Made by a program: the position numbers and the translations under genes
Virus record (IMG/VR): IMGVR_UViG_3300034096_001198
Location: 1 to 60,562 of that record
Source: a virus
Length of the DNA: 60,562 nt
Direction: 5' to 3' (one strand)
Notes under the pieces: model-generated
Told to the model about the DNA's origin: nothing
Databases searched by the model: none
What the model saw: only the letters and a program-made list of their open reading frames with translations
Shown here: positions 55,689 to 60,562 of the stretch, piece by piece
Layout: every line of letters begins with the position of its first letter
How positions within the stretch are numbered: position 1 is the stretch's first letter

Positions 55689-57677
55689 ATGACCGCCCAA
55701 TCATCCGAGACAACAAAAAAAGAAACCACCACAGAGATTGTGAATCGTTATCGGGAAGACTCTCGCGTCATGATGCAAGCGTTGGCGGAGAGTGCCGACG
55801 CAAGTTCGATGCGAAATCCTCTCCCTGTAACGGGAAGAATCCAGCCTTTCTCTCAACAGCAAGTAGAAAACTGTTTAGCAGACGCGATCTTAAAACGAAT
55901 AGCGTGGAGCCTCCCATCTTCGTCAACTCAAAAGATGTGGCAGTTATCCTTGGGAGATGATTTTTCTAGTAAGACGGGTTCTAAATTAGTCCGAGATTAT
56001 TATGCCTATCACGAAAGATTGAAAACCATATCACAATTTAGAAAAGCATTGCAGTTCTCTCGCTCTCATGGTGGGACAGTTATTATTCTCAAGATTAACG
56101 ATGGAAGACATTATTCCGAACCTGTTGATGAAGGCAAGATTAAATCAATCTCTGGGTTAATCGTTCGTCACCGATGGCAAGTTGCTCCTTCGGTGAGAAC
56201 GGCTGCTAGTATATTTGACCTTGATGACATTGAACATTATGAAATCCTAACAATTGACCAACAAATAAAACAAAAATTACTATTTAACGGAACAAATTCC
56301 AAGCAGGATGATCGCCTGATTCATCGGTCAAGAATCCTCCGGTTTAATGGGGCATTAATGCCTGATGATTGGATGATTTCCTATAACAATGGATGGGGAT
56401 TGAGTGTCTTTGACGAGGTTTGGAAATATTATAAAAACTATACAAATGGACTCAATGCAGTAGGCGAATTAATTAAAACCCAATCAGTTCTACAGCATTC
56501 TTTTGAAGGACTGCGGGAACTGATGATGGCATCTGATGAAGAAAGTATCGCAGCTATTAAGCAAACCATGAAATCAATCCGACTAATGTTTGATCTATAT
56601 GGCATGGTTCTCCACGACTCCCGTGAACAATTCAACTGGAATGCCCGCCCCGTCGTCGGGATGGATTCACTCGTGCAAGTACAGAAGGATGGGGTAACAG
56701 GAGCCTCTGGGATGCCTCACACGATAGTTTGGGGAGAAAGCCCTGGGGGTTTGGGGCGTGATGGCAAGGAGACCCAAATCAACTATGCTAACTCGGTGGC
56801 AGAGTACCAAGGAGAGAGCTTAGATCCTAGCGCAGCTATTCTTGATCGTTATATCTTCTTGGCTAAAGACGGCCCCACAAAAGGCAAAATCCCCGACAAC
56901 TACCAGAGGCAGTACCCTTCTATCTTGAGGATGACCATCGAGGATCTCCGCTCTGGACGCTCATCTGATATTCAGGCATTGGCTTCAGGTATTCAAGCCG
57001 GATTCATCACGACAGATGAAGCTCGGACAGTGCCTTCTAACTCCGGTTGGTGGCCAGAGCTTAACCTTGATCAAAAAGCATGGGAAGAAGCCAGGAAAAA
57101 AGCAGAAGAACAAGCAAACTTCCTTGGTGGTTTTGATATGGGAGCATTAGGAGGCGAGGAAGCTGCCCCACCCACTGAAGAACCCGTCGAAGAAGAATCT
57201 ATAACTCAAATGGACAGTGCTGTTTACACCCCAATAAAGCGGGTTCTTAATTGGCACGGGCTATCAATTGGGGTCACTCACGACAAAGGGGATCTTCGCT
57301 ATAACAAAACGATGAAGGTAGGGTATGGGCATATTAGACGCAGCTATGGACACGCGGAGGACGCAAAAGCAATCGACGTTTATATCAAAAATCCAAACTC
57401 ACCTAGTCTCTGGAAGGTTCGGCAACTCAACACAACAACAGGGGAGATTGACGAAACAAAGTATTTCTTGGGTTTTGATTCCCCCAAAGAAGTGCGCGAT
57501 TGCTATTACTATCATGCCGGATTAGATCGTTTTGGAGGAGTGGAGAAGTGCGATCCTACGGAATTAAACCAATACCGCCAAGATGCAGAAGAATTGGAGG
57601 GAGTTAATGAAGTTTATCAAAATAAGATATTAACAGATGTAGCAAATAGAATCAATCAACAAACTCAATTAGATTAA
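55689..57677 (+). CDS. Phage portal protein (DUF1073-like) with C-terminal inorganic-pyrophosphatase-like domain
   Basis: Portal-like RFNGALMPDDW...GWGLSVFDEVW; C-term WHGLSIGVTHDKGDLR...YGHIRRSYGHAEDAKAIDVYI...ETKYFLGFDSPKEVRDCYYYH. Confidence 0.75.
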   Translation: MTAQSSETTKKETTTEIVNRYREDSRVMMQALAESADASSMRNPLPVTGRIQPFSQQQVENCLADAILKRIAWSLPSSSTQKMWQLSLGDDFSSKTGSKLVRDYYAYHERLKTISQFRKALQFSRSHGGTVIILKINDGRHYSEPVDEGKIKSISGLIVRHRWQVAPSVRTAASIFDLDDIEHYEILTIDQQIKQKLLFNGTNSKQDDRLIHRSRILRFNGALMPDDWMISYNNGWGLSVFDEVWKYYKNYTNGLNAVGELIKTQSVLQHSFEGLRELMMASDEESIAAIKQTMKSIRLMFDLYGMVLHDSREQFNWNARPVVGMDSLVQVQKDGVTGASGMPHTIVWGESPGGLGRDGKETQINYANSVAEYQGESLDPSAAILDRYIFLAKDGPTKGKIPDNYQRQYPSILRMTIEDLRSGRSSDIQALASGIQAGFITTDEARTVPSNSGWWPELNLDQKAWEEARKKAEEQANFLGGFDMGALGGEEAAPPTEEPVEEESITQMDSAVYTPIKRVLNWHGLSIGVTHDKGDLRYNKTMKVGYGHIRRSYGHAEDAKAIDVYIKNPNSPSLWKVRQLNTTTGEIDETKYFLGFDSPKEVRDCYYYHAGLDRFGGVEKCDPTELNQYRQDAEELEGVNEVYQNKILTDVANRINQQTQLD

Positions 57678-58019
57678 TTTTAAATTAATTGGTTTTTGAA
57701 TGCAACTTAGTCAACCCATTTTATTTCACTAGGGTTGGCTAAGTTGTCTAAACTGTTACATCAAATCTTTGTCGGTTCCTGATTTACGGGCTGCGTAAAT
57801 CTATGTATAGGTTAAGGTAGTTTGGCAACAATTGGCACTTCGGACAGTAAGGACACCCCAGACCCACTGCAACGGTCTGTCTCCCGCCTATTCACCAAGA
57901 AATCAATACAATAAAAAAGGTGTGATTTTCTTATATAGAAATTATTTTGTAAAGTCCTGTTGATCTATAAGAATTTAACCTTAAAATTATAGTGATAACT
58001 TCTGATCAGAAGGGTTTTA

Positions 58020-58414
58020 TCATGCCAATTCCTGTTAGTTTTTTCAATCTTACAAGAGCCGGAAAGGTTTACGCCTTCAAGCCCGAAGACATCTCGTTTG
58101 GGGACGACGACACTCTTGAGGTTAAATTAAATCAAGGGGGAGATATAGCGGTCATCCCTCTTGTAAAAAAATCCGTGACATTAACAATTCAGGGTGCTGT
58201 TGACACTGATCTTGATACGTTTGAAACCGAGAGAACCCAAAATGTCCAAAACTTAATTGACAATCAGCCGGTTGGCGCAAACATGGCTTTTGCAAACTAT
58301 ATTATTTACAGTGCTTACTTGCGAAAAGTAACCCCCACTGCCCCAATTACCGTGTCAGGGAAGACCTTGTTTGACACGATTGAACTAGAGTTTGCCTCTC
58401 GCGTTTACGTTTAA
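58020..58414 (+). CDS. Phage hypothetical (virion) protein
   Basis: Likely start at MPIPVSFFNLTRAGKVYAF. Confidence 0.5.
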
Positions 58415-58642
58415 ATTTATACTGCCTAAGCCAATCAAGGTTTAGGTAGTAGCCCCTAAAATCTATGTATAAAAAGATGACATTTATACTTTATAGACAA
58501 AGATTAAGATTTGATGCTCCGCCAACAGAAATCCAAGCGAAGTTAGCGATCGCCAAAGTACATCTCAATATTGGCAAAAGTGAACTTAATTAAGCAAAAA
58601 CAAAGTACAATAGACTCATCGCATTAAAAAGGAAAATCAATT

Positions 58643-58867
58643 ATGAAAGCTAAAAAAACTGCTGTTGAAGGACAGAAGAAAATTAAAACCGTTCCCCCTG
58701 CTGTTGTAGATGAAGATGAGGATGTTTTAGGGGAAGGGGAGACATTGCAGGAATTTGACAAGAGAATGGAGAAAAAATATCCGAAAAGAAGTTATGACGA
58801 TTTGACAGAAGAAGAAAAACGCGAACGTGCCAAACGTTTTGTAGCTCAAGGGCCGGAAGACTGGTAA
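58643..58867 (+). CDS. Small acidic protein
   Basis: 74-aa ORF. Confidence 0.5.
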   Translation: MKAKKTAVEGQKKIKTVPPAVVDEDEDVLGEGETLQEFDKRMEKKYPKRSYDDLTEEEKRERAKRFVAQGPEDW

Positions 58868-58909
58868 GTTTGCAATCCGCACCCGTACAGAAAGATTTAA
58901 CTCAAAACA

Positions 58910-59998
58910 ATGGTCACCACCTTAAACCGTCAAAATCTCCTTCGCTTTGATGCTGTTCCTACCAAGGAACAGATGCGGTTGGCGATCGCTCAAACACTAT
59001 CCCTCCCCTCAATTTATAATTCTCCAGTTATCATACTGGACTTTGAAGTGGGTGATGATGGTAAAATTACGGGGCGGTTTAAGGATGCTGATCGTCCTCG
59101 TGTGTTTAGCTTCGAGATTTTGGACGATATCCGTTTTAGCCCTTTTAAGTCTGGGCGACTGGACAATGAGGAGGAATGGGAGGATTTTTCCCTTGGTTAT
59201 AGCTTTCGCTTTGATACACCCGGAGGGGCTAAAAAAAAGCCGCAGTGCGTGAAACCCACGTCTTATAATTGTGGTAAATCTTGCATAAATATTAAGAAAA
59301 ATTGCAGGTGCAATCCCGATGATGCTCAGTCAAAAGATAGAATAGATAAATTAAAGTCTCTGGCGAAGGATTTTAAAAAGGGGCAAGAAGGGGGAGGAAA
59401 GCAGAAGGAATCAAAAGTTTCTGAATCAAAGGACAAGAAACTTTCTTACTCTAATTTTGAGAGTGACTTTGAAGACCTTTATTTTGAGGAGAAAAGGAAA
59501 CAAGAGTTAAAAGGTGTTGTAGCAATTAAACGCCGACAGATGTTAGATATTGCCGAAGGAAAGTACAATGTTCCCCGTGAACAGTTAGAGGATTATTTCG
59601 AGAAGTTAAAAGATAATAAAAAAATATTCTCAGTAATAGAGAAAGGGGAAGAATTATTATCTTGGGTTGGAGGACAGACACCCAAAAAGCAGGGAAAACA
59701 ACCTAAAGCCAAATCTTCTAAAACAAAAGACTTAGTTGCAGGACAAAAAGCAATCAAGGAAAAACAGATATCTTATGCTAAATTCGAGAAAGACTTTAAA
59801 GAATTCTATAACGAAGAAAAAAGAAAGCAGGAACTACAGGGGGTTGTAGCAATTAAACGCAATAAGTTGTTAGATGATTATGCTAAAAAAAATGGGATTT
59901 CTCGACAGCAATTAGATAATCATTTTGAAAGTCTTAAAACCAATGGTAAGATATTCTCTGTCAAAGAGAAAGGGGAGGAGTTGTTTCAGTGGAACTAG
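58910..59998 (+). CDS. Cyanophage protein with CGKSCI motif and duplicated C-terminal helical domain
   Basis: NLLRFDAVPTKEQM...KPTSYNCGKSCINIKKNC; two copies of F...FE..Y.EEKRKQEL.GVVAIKR. Confidence 0.6.
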   Translation: MVTTLNRQNLLRFDAVPTKEQMRLAIAQTLSLPSIYNSPVIILDFEVGDDGKITGRFKDADRPRVFSFEILDDIRFSPFKSGRLDNEEEWEDFSLGYSFRFDTPGGAKKKPQCVKPTSYNCGKSCINIKKNCRCNPDDAQSKDRIDKLKSLAKDFKKGQEGGGKQKESKVSESKDKKLSYSNFESDFEDLYFEEKRKQELKGVVAIKRRQMLDIAEGKYNVPREQLEDYFEKLKDNKKIFSVIEKGEELLSWVGGQTPKKQGKQPKAKSSKTKDLVAGQKAIKEKQISYAKFEKDFKEFYNEEKRKQELQGVVAIKRNKLLDDYAKKNGISRQQLDNHFESLKTNGKIFSVKEKGEELFQWN

Positions 59999-60066
59999 GT
60001 TAGTATTTTAAAAGCAAGCTAAAACAGATCCAAGTAAAAAAATTAGAATTAATTAAATTTTAAAAT

Positions 60067-60562
60067 ATGGTCACAATTTCAAGTTATCAAAATCTCCTTC
60101 GCTTTGATGCTGCTCCTACGGAAGTGCAGATGAAACTTGGTATTTCTCAAGTTTTGTCGATGCCATTTGCCTACAACTCTCCGGTTATCGTTCTGGACTT
60201 TGAAGTAGGCAATAAAAACATCATCAAGGGACGGTTTAAGGATGCCATTAGATCCCGTGTTTTTGAGTTTGAGATTGGGGATTCTATCACGTTCAAGCCG
60301 TTCACCTGGAGGCGAACGGATAGCGACGTTGACCCGATGGCGTGGGAAGACTTCTCTAAAGGGTATTGCTACCGATTCGATGCAGTTAAGACCGTCAGAA
60401 AGGAAAAACCTAAGTGTGGCAATACCTCCTATAATTGTGGCAAAGCCTGTATTGGGTTGAATAAGAATTGCAAATCAGATTTACCGGATAAACCCTCCCA
60501 AGAAAAAGTCGATAAACTCAGAGCCGCAGCAGGGAAATTTAAAGCCGTTCAGGATGACCCAA
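60067..60562 (+). CDS. Paralogue of the 58910-59998 protein, truncated by the window end
   Basis: MVTISSYQNLLRFDAAPTEVQMKLGISQVLS...CGNTSYNCGKACIGLNKNC; open frame to the last base. Confidence 0.7.
   Translation, partial: MVTISSYQNLLRFDAAPTEVQMKLGISQVLSMPFAYNSPVIVLDFEVGNKNIIKGRFKDAIRSRVFEFEIGDSITFKPFTWRRTDSDVDPMAWEDFSKGYCYRFDAVKTVRKEKPKCGNTSYNCGKACIGLNKNCKSDLPDKPSQEKVDKLRAAAGKFKAVQDDP

Overview
The window is a temperate cyanophage or phage-like mobile element. It encodes terminase, portal and virion genes, a tyrosine integrase beside a tRNA 3'-end fragment, a replication module, DNA methyltransferases, and a small NblA-like ORF that is not in the supplied ORF track. The main observation is a compact RNA-guided nuclease locus at 29.0-31.7 kb: a consensus promoter inside a perfect 12-bp inverted repeat, then a structured ~250-nt non-coding RNA (omegaRNA-like), then a full-length IscB (PLMP, split RuvC, bridge helix, HNH). 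A CRISPR array of 15 x 36-bp repeats starts only 15 bp after the iscB stop codon, with no cas gene seen in the window. The predicted 5' end of the ncRNA (29072-29085) is complementary to repeat positions 14-27 over 14 contiguous pairs (13 Watson-Crick and 1 G.U). A second 6-nt segment (29115-29120) can pair with repeat positions 1-6. This is the layout expected of a tracrRNA-like, guide-less omegaRNA that borrows guides from a CRISPR array, i.e. a two-RNA IscB system resembling an IscB-to-Cas9 intermediate. The terminal spacer is only 20 nt, and its repeat-proximal 15 nt match the 3' end of the neighbouring RHH gene. Other observations: iteron-like repeats spaced 23-24 bp inside the replication-initiator-like gene, and a P-loop ATPase/GIY-YIG fusion next to a rhomboid protease. 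All calls come from reading the sequence; no database searches or folding programs were run.
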